Part shown: one piece after another, positions 51,701 through 64,000 of the stretch
Layout of the letters: every line of letters starts with the position of its first letter
How positions within the stretch are numbered: the first letter of the stretch is position 1
Assembly: GCA_015680685.1 (NCBI GenBank)
Contig: MNCI01001825.1
Location: 1,287,876-1,351,875 of the forward strand
Reading direction: 5' to 3'
Origin: Gnetum montanum
Lineage: Eukaryota > Plantae > Gnetophyta
Length of the DNA stretch: 64,000 bases
Notes under the pieces: generated by a model
What the model was told of the DNA's origin: nothing
Database searches by the model: none
Seen by the model: the letters and a program-made list of their open reading frames with translations, nothing else
Position numbers and translations under genes: made by a program

Positions 51701-51827
51701 TGAGGGTGCAAGGCCCGTAGAGGGAGGGAATGAGGGACTGTCAGAGGGAAATACAGGGAAGGATAATGCACAAACAGAGGGAACAGTGGCAAGTAGTGAA
51801 GGTGGTGCAAACAAGAATAGGCCATGA
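48733..51827 (+). pseudogene. 3' part of the antisense accessory gene of A
   Basis: CEEKCWLDREW..., VGLMDLFMVPNLSVPATKMLSLVDSF...LFDVPANG, the EEEEEEEE tract, WVEIPDKFAFMQGL and the terminal QAPDEGARP exon are all collinear with B. Confidence 0.8.
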
Positions 51828-51989
51828 CAGTAGGGGAATTTTTTTTTTTTTTTGCAATTTTGAAATTTTGTAAAAGTTCTGCAACTATTGCTGACAGGTG
51901 AAAGCTTTGAATAAGAAAGAAGACTTTAGAAAAGGAAGCAACTTTGCATTGCCTTGTCTATCACATAAAATTTTCTTATGTTTTCATAT

Positions 51990-52130
51990 GCTAATTTACT
52001 AGTTTTAAGCCATTTTGGGCCCATGCTAGTTTTATGCCATTTCGAGCCATAGCGTAGCATGGCGAAAAGACAGCATGCCAAAGAAGCAATGGAAGCTATG
52101 CTAGTTTTAGGCCATTTTGGGCCATAGCAT
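51990..52130 (-). repeat. Short motif array (ATGGCYTAAAACTAG), 3 copies, after gag-PR of A
   Basis: Plus strand shows CTAGTTTTA(A/G/T)GCCATTT three times. Confidence 0.72.
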
Positions 52131-52217
52131 AGCATGCCAAAAAGATGGCATGCTCATGAAGCAATGAAGTAGCCAATATACAAAGGGATGGTGATTGGGC
52201 AAAGAGCAGTAGGGTTG

Positions 52218-55200
52218 CTACGCTATGCATAGCTTCCTCTTGACCTGCCGTGGGTTGATCGGGACATGGGACTGAGGTGTTTTGCTAAGACCTTCACTCA
52301 TGTCATCACCCTTCTCTTGAAAGGGCAACTCAACCCATGTGTTTTTGATTTGGGGTTTGATTCGCTGAGTTGATCCACTCGTTGCATGATTAACGTATGT
52401 GTGAGTAGGCACCTCGCTCTTGGAGGTGGTGACCTTTGATCCCTGCTCCATGTTTATGTTACTAATTGCTTGCTACTTCATCGCCACGGATCACCACCTC
52501 TCTACCTACGTATGGTAACTGGATTTCTTGATGTATAGGCGAGGAGATGACCCTATGTTGCACTAACCATGACCTTCCTAGGATCAGGTTAAACCCAGGC
52601 ATTTCCTCAACCATGATGAATGTTACGTCTGTAGGGAATTGGTCCCCTGCTATGAAGTCTATGTGAACTATGCCCTTCACCAGGATGTGTGCCCCATTGA
52701 AGGACCTCAGACACAATGTTGTTGAGGGTTTGATCTAGTTGACCAACCCCAATTTGTCCATGACAGGAAAGGGAATGACGTTTATGGTAGCCCCATCATC
52801 AACGTGTACCCTTCAAATCTGGTGTTGGCCGACCCGAATTGTGATGAAGAGAGGCATCGTGGTTACCTAACCCCTTTCAGGATCTTCCCTAATGGTATCA
52901 TTATTGAAAGTTAATTGAGATGGTATAGACCCTATGGGTACAGAGGGAAGCATGACTGAATGGATCGCTTCCTCTTCTGCTGGCATGTTTTCATCAACCA
53001 AGATCACTATTAACATGCGGATTAGAGCCTCGTAGTGGGGTAATGATGTCATAAATAGGTCATACAAACTTAGTGTAGTGCTTTTCTGCTTTAGAGCTTG
53101 TTTGACTTGGGTGAGGGCGTCCAGAAGTTTTTGGTCATCCCCTTGTTTGATGCTTTCCTCCTCTTCGATTCATCCCAGAAGATGAATCTCCTGAGGAGAG
53201 GTGACTTCAGATCCAAGTTCAAATCTTTGTCAATAGGATGGTGTTGGTTGCATGGTCATGTTGACCCTCATCCTTAGTGGCAAAGGTACATGTGCAGGGG
53301 ATGAAGACGTAGACTTGGGAGTACCTTTGGCGGTACTTCCTTTCAATGTCTTGCTTGCGAAGTGGACTTCTTGCCTTGTAGGGCGAGAAGGCTGCTCGGT
53401 TGTTTTGCACGAGATAGGGGTCGTTGGAAGCATCAGCCCCCTAATGACAAATGGAGGTAACTGCATTAGCAAGTGAAAAGACATGGTTTTGACACTAGGC
53501 GGTGCAAGCATGGATGTCTGCGGGGGAACCCACAAAATGAACAGTTGCAGCAAGCCTTGGTTGGCTACTCGTGGTGCTAGTACACCACACTAAAGCACCC
53601 AAATCAAAAATGGCTACTAAGGTAGTCTAGGATCATCATCAACACTAATGGCATTGATAACGTAGCCTGTGTCATTGGCATTGAGAGGATCTATATAGAC
53701 ATGCATAGATTGGTTCTCGGGACGTACTGGACTACTTTCATCCAACTTTAGCTTTCCCAGATCAATTAATCTCTAGATGTTGTCCTGCAATGCCAGGCAG
53801 TAGTCTGTGTTGTGACTGCACTGTTGGTGATAGTCACAAAACCTATCTAGCCTAAAACTACTAGGAACTAGAGTCTTATTTGGCAGGGCCAAAGAGGGTT
53901 TCCTAAGAAGCTCACACTAGCGTTGATGTCTCGCGATCGCTTCTTCCAACATCCGCTTGTGTTGGATATACCTTGCTGCCAATAGTTGCTTCAGGAGTTC
54001 TGAAGGCTTGAGAGGCAGTGGAATGTACTTTGAGCAGTCTTTGCACTCAAAGTTGGGTTTGGTTTGTGTAGATGTCTCAGGTGTAGGTGCAGCAGGTTGC
54101 GTCACATGGCCCTGTTTGGGCTCGGGGTTAGCTGTAGGTATGGTTAGTTTCTTGTTACTCTTGCTACCATTGTTGCTAGATTTTGGCTTGGCCTCAGTTT
54201 CCATAGTGGCCACTGTGGTTGTCGGGGCTTTACCCTTGTCCTTCTTTGTAAAAGTGTTTTTGTAAGCGATGTAGGCTGGGTCTTTGTCTGCCTCAACCGC
54301 GTCTTGTATGCTCTTAGTATGGGAGAAAGCCTAACTAAGGGAGCAAGGAGTGAGGTAATACAGCTTAGACTTGATGAATTCATTCACTGCGCCCTTACAG
54401 ATAGCCAACAGGTGGGCTTCCACAATGGGCTCACGAATTTCGTTAAGGGCTACACTCCAACATTGAATGAATTTTTGTACTAGCTCCAGCGCATTCTGCT
54501 TTATGCTCATCAACTAATCTAGCGTGGTTTCTAGCTTCAAGTTGTACTTGAAACATGTCACGAACTAGGACAAGAGTTCTTCCAAGGTTAAAATAGATAA
54601 GCATGGAAACGTGCGATACCTAGTCTAAGGCTTTCCCGACTAGGGACATGGCAAAGACATAGATGATTGTGTGCTGTAATTTTTGCAATAGCAAAGACTC
54701 AGACCAGAAGGTGACAAGGTGTGCATTGGGATCTCCCTCCCCATCGTACTTAGTGAAGTGCAGGAGAGACATCCCTAGTGGTAGTGTGAAAGCAAGGATC
54801 ACTGGATTGATAGGGTCATCTTGGTAAAAGTCCATGACTTGCACGGTGTCAGACCCAATAGCCTTGAGGCATTTTATTTTCTTAGTGACGGTTTGGATAA
54901 GCTGAAATGCTTGGTCCAGACCTAGCAATGTTGTAGATGGTTGGGGAGCTGCGGAGGTAGCCCCTACCTGTGGTATGGTAGGGGCAGCGGCCTGACCAAT
55001 TGGTGGTACCGTTGGGACGACCCCCATGAGCGATGCTACCTATGTTGCCCACCACCCAGCAGGAAGTCTTGTTAAGGCAGCGACCACAAGTTGGGCTGCC
55101 AGATGTGCTACTTGTGTTGCTAGCAGCGTAGACCATAGCCCCGTGTTGGGCTATATCAACTACGAGGCTTGGTGTATTTGATAGTGCCTGAAGTGGAACA

Positions 55201-56044
55201 TTTGCAATGATTGTAGAATAGGTGAGGAAGCGAATGGGGTCCACCACATGGACGGGCCTGGGCCAGCCATAGTAGGTGGAACAGACGTGAGTATAAGAAT
55301 TGACCCAGAGGTCATGTGCAATTGCGAGGTAGGCACAATATGAGCATGCAGTCGGGTAGTTGTGAGTGGCATATTATGTGCCACAGGGATCAATTTCTGA
55401 CCAGCCTGCAAAGGGACAGTAGTTGTAAATGAAATAGGAAAAATAGGCAAAGGTAAGCATTGAAACATCGTAGGGCTAGCGTGGCTACACACAGTAGCCA
55501 TGATCGCGAGTGGTGGAAGTGTAGGCATAATCACAAAGGAAGCGGTAAGAGATGACAGCTTGGTTCAGAGGGACTAGGTAGCAAGGATAGGAGTGGGGCC
55601 TATTGGACCTCCTTCATCCGATTGGGAATCGAGTTCCTCCTGTCTATCTTGGAAAGCGTCATCCTGGTTGGACACTATGTCCTATTGTTCCATAAGCCTA
55701 GCCAACTAGATTAGCTGGTCTAGAAGCCTTTGGTATGCTTGTGTTAATGGTAAAGAAACGCTAGGAGTATGGACAAATTCCTTCCCATTGCAGTAAGCGA
55801 ATTCGAAACTGCATTTTTCTTCGAGCTCATGTAAATCCAATGGTAGATTTGCCTGCACCTTTGCATAGAGGAAACTATAACACTCATGTTGCTAGGCCAA
55901 TCCCTCAGGTCCTCAATTTTGGACTCTGAGGGATCAGCGTGTTTCTAGTATCAGGTTCAATAGTTGTTTGGCACCACTAGTGCCTTGAACCAGGATAGGA
56001 ACCTCTATGTTAAAGGTGGTAACAGTAGTATTTGAAAAAGCCAT
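52218..56044 (-). pseudogene. gag: gag-protease of element A
   Basis: YDGEGDPNAHLVTF, FCDYHQQCSHNTDYC, VHVDDGATINVI, FNLILGRSWL. Ends KRKLCIA*. Collinear with B. Confidence 0.9.
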
Positions 56045-56119
56045 TGCTAAGAAAGTAGTTATGCAAGAGGAATGCAACAAATGCGAAGAACCTAGAAAGC
56101 AAAAAAAATGTAGAAGGCT

Positions 56120-56420
56120 TTATGTCTCACAGGATCCCAGAGCGACCGTCAAAGTGATCGATCTATACCGTGCGTTGGGGTAAAAAGCGCATGCATGACT
56201 ATCATAAAAATGATCTAGCTAACTAGCAGTCAAGAAGGCTTTGTGTCTTGTAGGATCCCAGAGGGACTGTCAAACCAACCGATCTGTACCATGCATTGGG
56301 GTATAGAGCACATGCAAGACTACCATAAAAATGATCTAGCTAGCTAGCTATCAGAGGCCTTATGTTCTATAGGATTCCAGTGGAATCGTCGAGGTGACCG
56401 ATCTGCACCACACAAAGCAC
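56120..56420 (-). repeat. 5' UTR ~121-bp tandem repeat of A, 3 copies
   Basis: AGGATCCCAG...CCGATCTRYACC units near 56130, 56251 and 56370. Confidence 0.75.
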
Positions 56421-56516
56421 AAACAACCATAAAAGGGTGTCACATTTATGCTTATGCATATTAGGTGTAGAAGGCTCACAGAACTATCGTGACACGTGAA
56501 AAAGATGCCAAAAAGA

Positions 56517-56533
56517 CCCTCCTTCTAGCACTA
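56517..56533 (-). promoter_or_regulatory. Primer-binding site of A (mutated)
   Basis: Minus strand reads TAGTGCTAGAAGGAGGG after a GTTTTC spacer. Confidence 0.8.
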
Positions 56534-56539
56534 GAAAAC

Positions 56540-58206
56540 TGTAGCGACCAAAAACGTCAGTAGCTGGAAGAGACTAAGGAGTCGGTGTGTGTGACAGTTT
56601 TGACCCCATACCCATGGGAGGGCCATGCTGGGTGTGTGTAGATACGGGGCACCCTGAACAGTCTGGTCAATCAGACAGGGACTTAGTCGGCATCTCTATA
56701 GCCTTTTGCAACATGTAATTTGAAAGCAGGAACGAAAGCGCAAAGCAATGCTTGAAAGTAAATAATGTAGAAAATGATGTAAAACACAGCGATAAGCAAG
56801 AAAACAAGTAAAATGCACCACTCCAAAGTTACAAATTTGCTCTGTCCAGGTGAATACAGTCGGGTGCACGTCATGACGGGGTGCAGAGATCCCAAGAGTA
56901 ACCGAGGCGTGTAGAGCAAAATAGGCTAGACACTTAGGTGTGGACTTGGGTGTTGACACCACTAGGGTTCCACCAAGATGGTAGAAAGGGAAAGGATGTT
57001 AGCTAAAAATGCAAACTACTTGCAATGTTAAATAGCAAGCTTACAATGCTCAATGCTATAATGCACTAGGAAGGGAACTTGATTGCCAGAGAAAGGAAAG
57101 AAGTCCGGAAGTCGGGAGAGATTCAGACTGAACTTTCTAAATGTTGCTTATTCTTTGAAAAATTTGAACTCCCTAGAAAAGGTTTTTTTTTTGAGCCAAC
57201 CCCTTTGAATGCCACTTGTTGGGGTATTTATAGGACCAAGGGTACACAAAAGGGTGGTTTGGACACCACATACCTTGGGCCCATGTTGACTTGTCTACGT
57301 TGCACGTGTCATGTATGACCGTTGGACCTCTATGACCATTGTGCTGTGAATCTATCATGCTACAACTATGCACCTACCGTGCCATAATTGCACCATCAGC
57401 GTCTGGAGACATGTGGCAATGGTCCAATTAGGTGAAGTGCATTGATGTTGCACAACCACCTGCATGCCTCTCTATGCTTTGTGGCATAGCATGCTTGGCT
57501 TAGCATAGCACCCTATTGTGTGTCCTGCTACATGTGTGTTACATGTTTTCCATGCTATGCTACGCTACGTAGCATAGCAACTTGGCCTTAGTTGCGAAAA
57601 CTTTGCTGATTTGCAGGCTTTGCTTACCGCGATGTAAGATTTGTGAACTTTGTTGTTTCTACCCTTCGACGTGCCTTTTGTCTCCTTCGCAGGATTGCTA
57701 CACCTCACTACACTATGTAGCTCAATGTAGCATAGCAACAGACATCATCCATGGCTTCCTAACAGAGAGAGACATTGTTGAAGGACTCAAAATTGGCCGT
57801 GGGAACTGGCTGTGAAGCTGTTGTCATGCTACGCCATGCTACGTAGCGTAGCATAGCATAACACTCTATTATTCAATCATCTTTTGAAGCTTGCTATGCT
57901 ACATAGCAAGGCATAGCGTAGCATAGCAGACTTTGTGACTTAGAAAAATTGCCAAACTATTTCACAGACCCAAAATGTTGCTGCCAACTCTGCGTGTTGT
58001 TTCTGAGTAGGCTATCAGTTGGGAAAACTACTTGGGTGGACAGGCAGGATGACCCGTGGAGCCTATTTACACTCGAAGTAGAAAATTTACGAACTGGATA
58101 ACCTAAAATTAGAGTGTTCTCCTCCCGAAGAACTTTCATGGTGCTGCGCAAATTGCAAGACTTGGTGAAGCAAGAATGACCCTGAATTTGTTTTTTGGGT
58201 GTTTCA
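56540..58206 (-). repeat. 5' LTR of element A
   Basis: Homologous to 4197-5724. TATA on the minus strand at 57225-57232. Followed by the TSD CTATT. Confidence 0.94.
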
Positions 58207-58739
58207 CTATTTTGACTCAAATTCGAAGGGATCTTTGGTTCTGGAAGGTCCAACTATTAGGGCCTAAGCCTGTAAAGAATTTTCATTGAACTTGACCATC
58301 TTCCTAGGATCCAGACTCATCCTAGCATCTGACACCCAAGTCAAGAGCATCACCCCTTAAGACTTGGACTTTCCATCCTTCCATACCTAGCCTAAATTGC
58401 TAGTCTATGGGAGGAAATCAAGTGGTCTATCATTGCAACATGATAGAACACACCAACCTAGGGATCCATGAGTTATAGGGCATCCCTTAACTTTTTTGAT
58501 CCAAAGATCTAGGGATCTCAAGTTCAGCACTCTTTGAATCTTAAGCCCCATCGCCTATAGAGCACTTTGAATGGCTCCAGGCACCTTCCTCCCCTATTTA
58601 AGGTCGACTCCCATACGAATTCTCTCTCGAATCCTATAAGGCACTGCATGTCATGCCTCTTTCAATTTTTTTTCACATGGGAGGTTTCTCCATCCATCAT
58701 CGGAGCAACCAAGGTGGGAGGTCGATTGCTTACTCCCTA

Positions 58740-61700
58740 CAGAAGTCCAGGATCAAGTTTTCTTGGAACCTCAAGTGCTCTAGTGGTTCCTAGCTATCGT
58801 TTGAGTTAGGACGATGTTTCTAGTGGACAAGGAACTCCACTTTCAAATCTACCCCATTGCCAGTGGTTCAGAAGTTTTGGATGTAATCTACTTTCTTCCC
58901 TTGTATAGATTGTATACAAGGTTTCTCTTAGATCGACAGGATTCTCTCTGGATATGGGAACCCATCCAGCAGTGGCTTTAGCATGCTGACATAAAAATCT
59001 GGATGGACTTGGTCCATATTGATTGGTAGCTGAAGCTTATATGTCATAGGGTTAATTTTATTGATGATCCAGAAGGGACCATCATACTGCCTCATCAGCT
59101 TGGAAGTAGTTACCTGTTTCGGTTTAAACTAACGTGGATCCAACTTCAAGAGGATCCAATCTCCCACCTTTAATTCATGAGGCTAGCATTTTCGATCAAC
59201 ATACTTTTTCGTTTGTTGCACTGCCATCTCTAGATGATACTTTGCTATATCAACATTTTTAGACCACCTCTTCAAGAATTCATCTACTAAGGGATGTCAA
59301 CCCTACAATGAGGGAGAGACCATATGAGGGATAATGGGTTGCCTTCCCATTACCAGTTCTACAGGAGAAACCCCAGTAGCTAAGGACTTTTGGATGTTAT
59401 AGCTTAGCTGGGCAATCCCTAACAGAAATGGCCAATTCTTTTGGTCACTACGAACATAGTGATGAAGGTACTCTTCAAGTACCCGATTCATCCGTTCTGT
59501 CTGCCCATCGGTTTGCAGATAAAATCTTATTAACAATTTGAGGGTGGTATCCATCATGCCAAATAGTGCTCACCAGAAAGTACTTGTGAAGCATGGATCT
59601 TGATCTGAAATGATGCTCATGGGTAACCCAGAATATCGAATCACCCTATCAAAATAGTATGCTACCGTATCCTCAGCAAAGCACTATGATGGATAGGGAA
59701 TGAATATGGAAAATATAGAGAATTTTTCTACCACAAAAATGATGCTACTTAAGCCCTAAATATTTAGGAATCCCATGATAAAGTCCATAGACACTGTAGC
59801 CCATGGAAATGGAGGGATTCCCAAGGGCAATAGAAGACCACCTGGACACTCCATAGACCCCTTATCTTGCTAGCACACTAGGAACTTCTGGATATAAGAA
59901 ATCACATCCCGATACATTTTTGGCCAGAAGAAGGTTCTCTCAATGAGAGCCAAGGTCCTTTGCTGTCTAGGGTGACCTTCCCACTATGTGTCATGGCATT
60001 CTCGAATTATCTCTTTGCATAGGCTATCCCAATTCGGAATGCATATTCGATTATCCCAAAACCAAAGCAGTCCATCCCTCATTTTGAACTGTGGTGCTCA
60101 CCTAGTTTCTATCAGCTTCATTAAATCAATGATATGGGGGTCCCTTTTCAAACCATCTTGAATTCTAGCCAACAACACTTCATCACATTGAACATGCAAA
60201 GTTTGTGGCCCAATGATGGAAAAGAGTTGGAAGGCAGGTTGAGGACAGTGACTCAATGCATCTGCCACCACGTTCTCCTTTCCAGGACGGTAAGTTAATT
60301 GCAAATCAAATTCGGACAACATGGCTAACCATCGAGCCTATTTGGGCCTTAGCTTCATTTGATTCATCAAGTAGCTAGTGGCCAGATTATTTGTCTTTAC
60401 GAGGACACGACTCCCCAGCAAGTAGTGTCTCCATACTCTTAAGCAATGGACAAGAGTGAACGTTTCCTTTTCATGGACCAACCACCTCTACTCTAATTGA
60501 TTTAGCTTCTGGCTCCCATAAGAGACAGGATGACCTTCCTATAGCAAGACACCCCCAATTGCATTCTCACTAGCATCCGTATGAACCTCAAAAGGTTTCG
60601 AGAAATCGATCAATGCCAACATTGGATGGAAGGTTAAAGCCTCTTTGATCCTCTCGAAGGCTTTCTGACAATTTGAGTTCCACTGCCATGCAACTTCTTT
60701 CTTTTGCAGATTGGTCAGAGGAGTAGCAATTCCTGAGAAATTTTTGATGAATTTTCGATAGAAACTAGCTAACCCCATAAACTTTCTAACCTCATGCACA
60801 TTAGTGGGAGCGGGCCATTGACACACAACCTCTACCTTCGAATTTGGCTTTACCTGCCTATACCCCATGAGATGCCCCAAAAATTTTAGCTCTGAGCAGC
60901 AGAATTCACATTTTTCTTTCTTAATGTATAGCCAATTTTCTCGTAGCTTCTCAAGGACCATTTGTAGGTGGAGGGCATGTTCCTCCATCGTCTGGCTATA
61001 TATCAAGATGTCATCAAGATAGATGACCATAAATTTTTCTAAAAAGGGTCAAAATATCTCGTTCATTAAGGTACAAAATGTATCTAGTGCATTGCAAAGC
61101 CCGAAGGATATTATGGTCCATTCATATGACCCATACTGAGTTACACATGCAATTTTTGCTTCCTTCCCTTCTGCAATGTGAACTTGGTAGTACCCTTGTC
61201 TGAGGTCTAGTCGGGTGACATATTGATCCCCTGCCAATTGATCGAACAAGTTAGAAATGAGTGATACTGGGTACTTGTTCTTGATCATGTGTTTATTTAG
61301 TAGCTTATAATTACAACAAATTCGTAGCGTTCCATCCTCCTTGGTGACAAACAACACTGGTTCCCCATAAGGGGATTTTGAGGGACAAATGTATCCCTTG
61401 GACATTAAACCTTCAAGCTGCTTTTTTAATTCCCCCAATTCTAGTCCTATTAAGCGGTATGGCCTTTGGATAGGAGGATCAATGCCAGGCTGCAATTCGA
61501 TTTTATGATCCACAGCTCTCTGAGGGGGCAAACTACTAGGCATTTTAGGTGGCATTACATCTTTAAAACTCTCTAGCACCTATGCTATGCATGGGTCAAT
61601 ATTAGCTTGGGATCCACAAGCCTCAGAAGGATCACCCGTTTGCATAGCTAGCAGAAATTTCTTGGTAGGATCCCTGGCCAAGCATTTCATCACCATTGGT

Positions 61701-62120
61701 GATACAATCTAGGGGCTAGCGCCCTCATCCTTTTCCATCTGTGCTCCATGAGTTTGAATGAAGCATGGGGAGCTTTCATGTGAAATAAAAATCAGGTCCA
61801 AATGTGGAGCTATGAAAACTTTGGCCTTGCATAAAAATTCTTGCCCCAAAATGACCTGAAAGGAGTCCATATCTAGAATTGAAAAATCTAGAACTCCTTG
61901 CCATGAGCCCACTTGAATGGGGACACTATGACATACCTCGATGCACTGAAGGATCCTAAACTTGACCAACTTGTAGGAAGCTTGGATAGGTTCCATCTTT
62001 AGCTACAAGTCTTTCACCATGGCTGGAACCATGTAATTGTGACTAGCCCCATTATCAATGAAGGCACCTAGCTGACTTGAGTTCACAGTGATTAGGGCAA
62101 ATTGAACCTGATGTAGAGTA
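58740..62120 (-). pseudogene. pol: pol of element O: PR - RT - RH - INT - chromodomain
   Basis: AFIDNGASHNY (PR); YLDDILIYS (RT); FEVHTDASENAIGGVL (RH); QTDGQTERMNR and YDGPF (INT); EFLVH(W)KH...DS(W)EPLEHL chromodomain at ~58850-58770. Confidence 0.9.
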
Positions 62121-62249
62121 TCAGGATTAGGGTTCTGGGAGTTTCCAGCTCCTGACCTCTATGTAACCATGTCTGATAACTCCATCATCACTACTAGCCT
62201 TTGTTGTTCCCCTGATGTGCTTCCATCAGTAATATGAAGGCATGGGTCA

Positions 62250-63583
62250 GGGTGATAATCAAGTGCCATCAATTGTTTCCCAGAAGTTGACCCTTACCTA
62301 TTCTCAGTCGTTCCTAAACTCAAGGGACAAATTCTTACCAAATGATTTTCATGACACAAGAAGCACTGAATTGGCCCCTTAAAGGTGCCTCCCATAAACT
62401 ACTTCTTCTTGGCCCCAGGTTGCCACTTGCTTCCTGTATCCTTGCATTTTTGTTTAGAGCCTTGGTTCCCTAGAGGACCATCCATTGGGCAACTACCTTG
62501 CTGAACTAATCTAAAGGTATTTCCAACTTTGATGGATCATGTATCTGTTCTCTAAGAGTGGGAGGACATGACATGCTTACCCTTCCCAAGCTTGCCCTTA
62601 TTTGGCTTCATTGCCTTGAAGTCCAGAAAAGTGCTAGCAGCCACAATAGCCTCTGTGAGGGAGTCAATGCCTCTTTGACGCAACTCCATCTCGAAACGAT
62701 CCTGATCTCCCATATCGAGAATCAACAACAGGAGTTCTTGGAAGCTATTAATATAATCTTCAAGCTTCCCTAAATGTTTTAAGGTCTCTAGCTTGGTTCT
62801 AGCGACCCATTCAGAGTTCCCAGGATGGAACTATTTGATCAATGCAGCCTTAAAGTTGTCCCATGTCTCAATCTTTTCTATTGTGGTGCCCTTTTCTTGG
62901 GCACGAAGGAGACTAAGCCATCATAGCTTAGCACTTCCTATGAGAAATTGTGATGCTATGAAGACCTTTTGGGTTGCAGGAACACCCCTGGTATTTAGGT
63001 ACATCTCTACATCATGGAGGAAGGCATCAATTTTAGCATCATTTCTCTCACCATCATAAGAACTCGATTCTCTAGCTTTGATACGGGTTGTCGCTACTAG
63101 CTCATCTACCAAGAGTCCTGCTAAGGAGGATTTCAGGATGGCATTTTCAATTTTCAAATCAGATAGTTCCTGATTTACCCCCACTAGGGCATCCTCCAGA
63201 ACTTTCACCCAACCAACTAGGTCCTCAACCAAGGATGCTTTTGTTTGTGCCTCTTCCAAGGATCCAAATAGATCCTTGTAGAGGTTGATCATGTGATCCA
63301 AAAGACCTTTCAAGATCGAAACCTTAGCCTCTACCAATTTCACCCTATCCTTGGAGTGAAGGTTCATCTTTTCTTGTGGCAAGTCAACATCTTTAAGAAT
63401 GTGATGGATCGCATCCACGTTTTCTGGACCAAGATAGGCTAAGGCCTCATCAATTGCCTTGACATGATCCCATAATGTTTGAAACCTAGTCTCATCTTGA
63501 CCATGTTCTATCTCGGCCTTAATTTTTGGATTTTCTTGAACATCAGCCATGTTACTCAGTCCACCAAGCTCCATGTTTGCCAA
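62250..63583 (-). pseudogene. gag: gag of element O
   Basis: IKARESSSYDGERNDAKIDAFLHDVEMYL, IETWDNFKAAL, and a CFLCHENHLVRICP Zn knuckle at ~62370-62325. Confidence 0.85.
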
Positions 63584-63714
63584 AGAGAGAGCTTTAGCAC
63601 AAGGCCACCCTCAAAGGGAGATTGGTTAGCAGAAGTTGAAAATGGAAACCTCAAAAACCACAAACCCTCACACCCACTTAGTGAGAAAGTTTTACCAATA
63701 ACTAAAACTATGAG

Positions 63715-63726
63715 GCACTGATACCA
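63715..63726 (-). promoter_or_regulatory. PBS of element O (tRNA-iMet type)
   Basis: Minus strand reads TGGTATCAGTGC, one mismatch to the canonical TGGTATCAGAGC, 2 nt from the LTR. Confidence 0.9.
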
Positions 63727-63728
63727 TC

Positions 63729-64000
63729 TGTAACAACGTTTTCCCTGAGCACGTTGGTTGGCACCCTAAGAGTTTTCCTAGGAAATTTTGAATCGAGACA
63801 AAACTCAACATGAATACACCTCAGCAATCAACAATCCTGAAACACATGCCAACAAACAATGTGTTAGTGTTAGCATATCTCCTGAGTGGTGTTTCATAAA
63901 CAATATTCGTGATATGCTAACAAGGTAGATAGCACTCCCTTACTTCACTCACATGGACACCATGGGGACTACAAGTTGAATCCTCAAGATTCATCACTGT
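63729..64000 (-). repeat. 5' LTR of element O (partial, continues beyond the window)
   Basis: Matches 3514-3785. Confidence 0.92.

Larger units (their letters stand above)
4197..58206 (-). mobile_element. Element A: Tat-type Ty3/gypsy (aRH-containing), interrupted by B and C
   Basis: LTRs at 4197-5724 and 56540-58206. TSD CTATT at 4192-4196 and 58207-58211. PBS, PPT, gag-PR and RT-RH-aRH-INT are all on the minus strand. Flanks of B and C rejoin into sequence homologous to the intact spacer of B. Confidence 0.95.
3514..64000 (-). mobile_element. Element O: Ty3/gypsy chromovirus (possibly Galadriel-like), split by the 54-kb nested insertion 4197-58206
   Basis: The LTR copy from 3514 (TGTAACAAC...) matches 63729-64000. 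PPT next to the left LTR, tRNA-iMet-type PBS next to the right LTR. gag-PR-RT-RH-INT-chromodomain lies on the minus strand at 63583-58740. Confidence 0.92.

Overview
Plant-type heterochromatic window with no host gene. It is almost entirely a three-level stack of decayed LTR retrotransposons. The outermost element O is a minus-strand Ty3/gypsy chromovirus (3' LTR 3514-4075; internal body 58212-63728; 5' LTR starts at 63729 and runs off the window). A minus-strand Tat-type Ty3/gypsy element A (4197-58206, TSD CTATT) sits in the 3' UTR of O. Two plus-strand Tat-type elements sit inside A: B (11584-29991, TSD GCTAC, close relative of A) and C (31103-48727, TSD CATTT, a diverged family). A, B and C share an unusual layout: LTR - PBS - gag-PR(stop) - 5-6 kb spacer - RT-RH-aRH-INT - repeat-rich 3' UTR - PPT - LTR. 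The spacer holds an antisense gene of about 9 exons whose splice sites are positionally conserved across the three elements. It encodes an FCP1/NIF-like (HAD-fold) domain with degenerate catalytic motifs, then a 'plant transposon protein'-like domain, an acidic tract and a probable coiled coil. The elements also carry arrays of short non-coding motifs, some family-specific. Together these suggest a TE-encoded accessory or anti-silencing system (inference). The left end has a ~138-bp tandem repeat, a LINE endonuclease remnant and a 440-N gap. All coding regions are pseudogenised, mostly by C>T/G>A changes. Domain calls come from motif recognition by eye; no searches were run.
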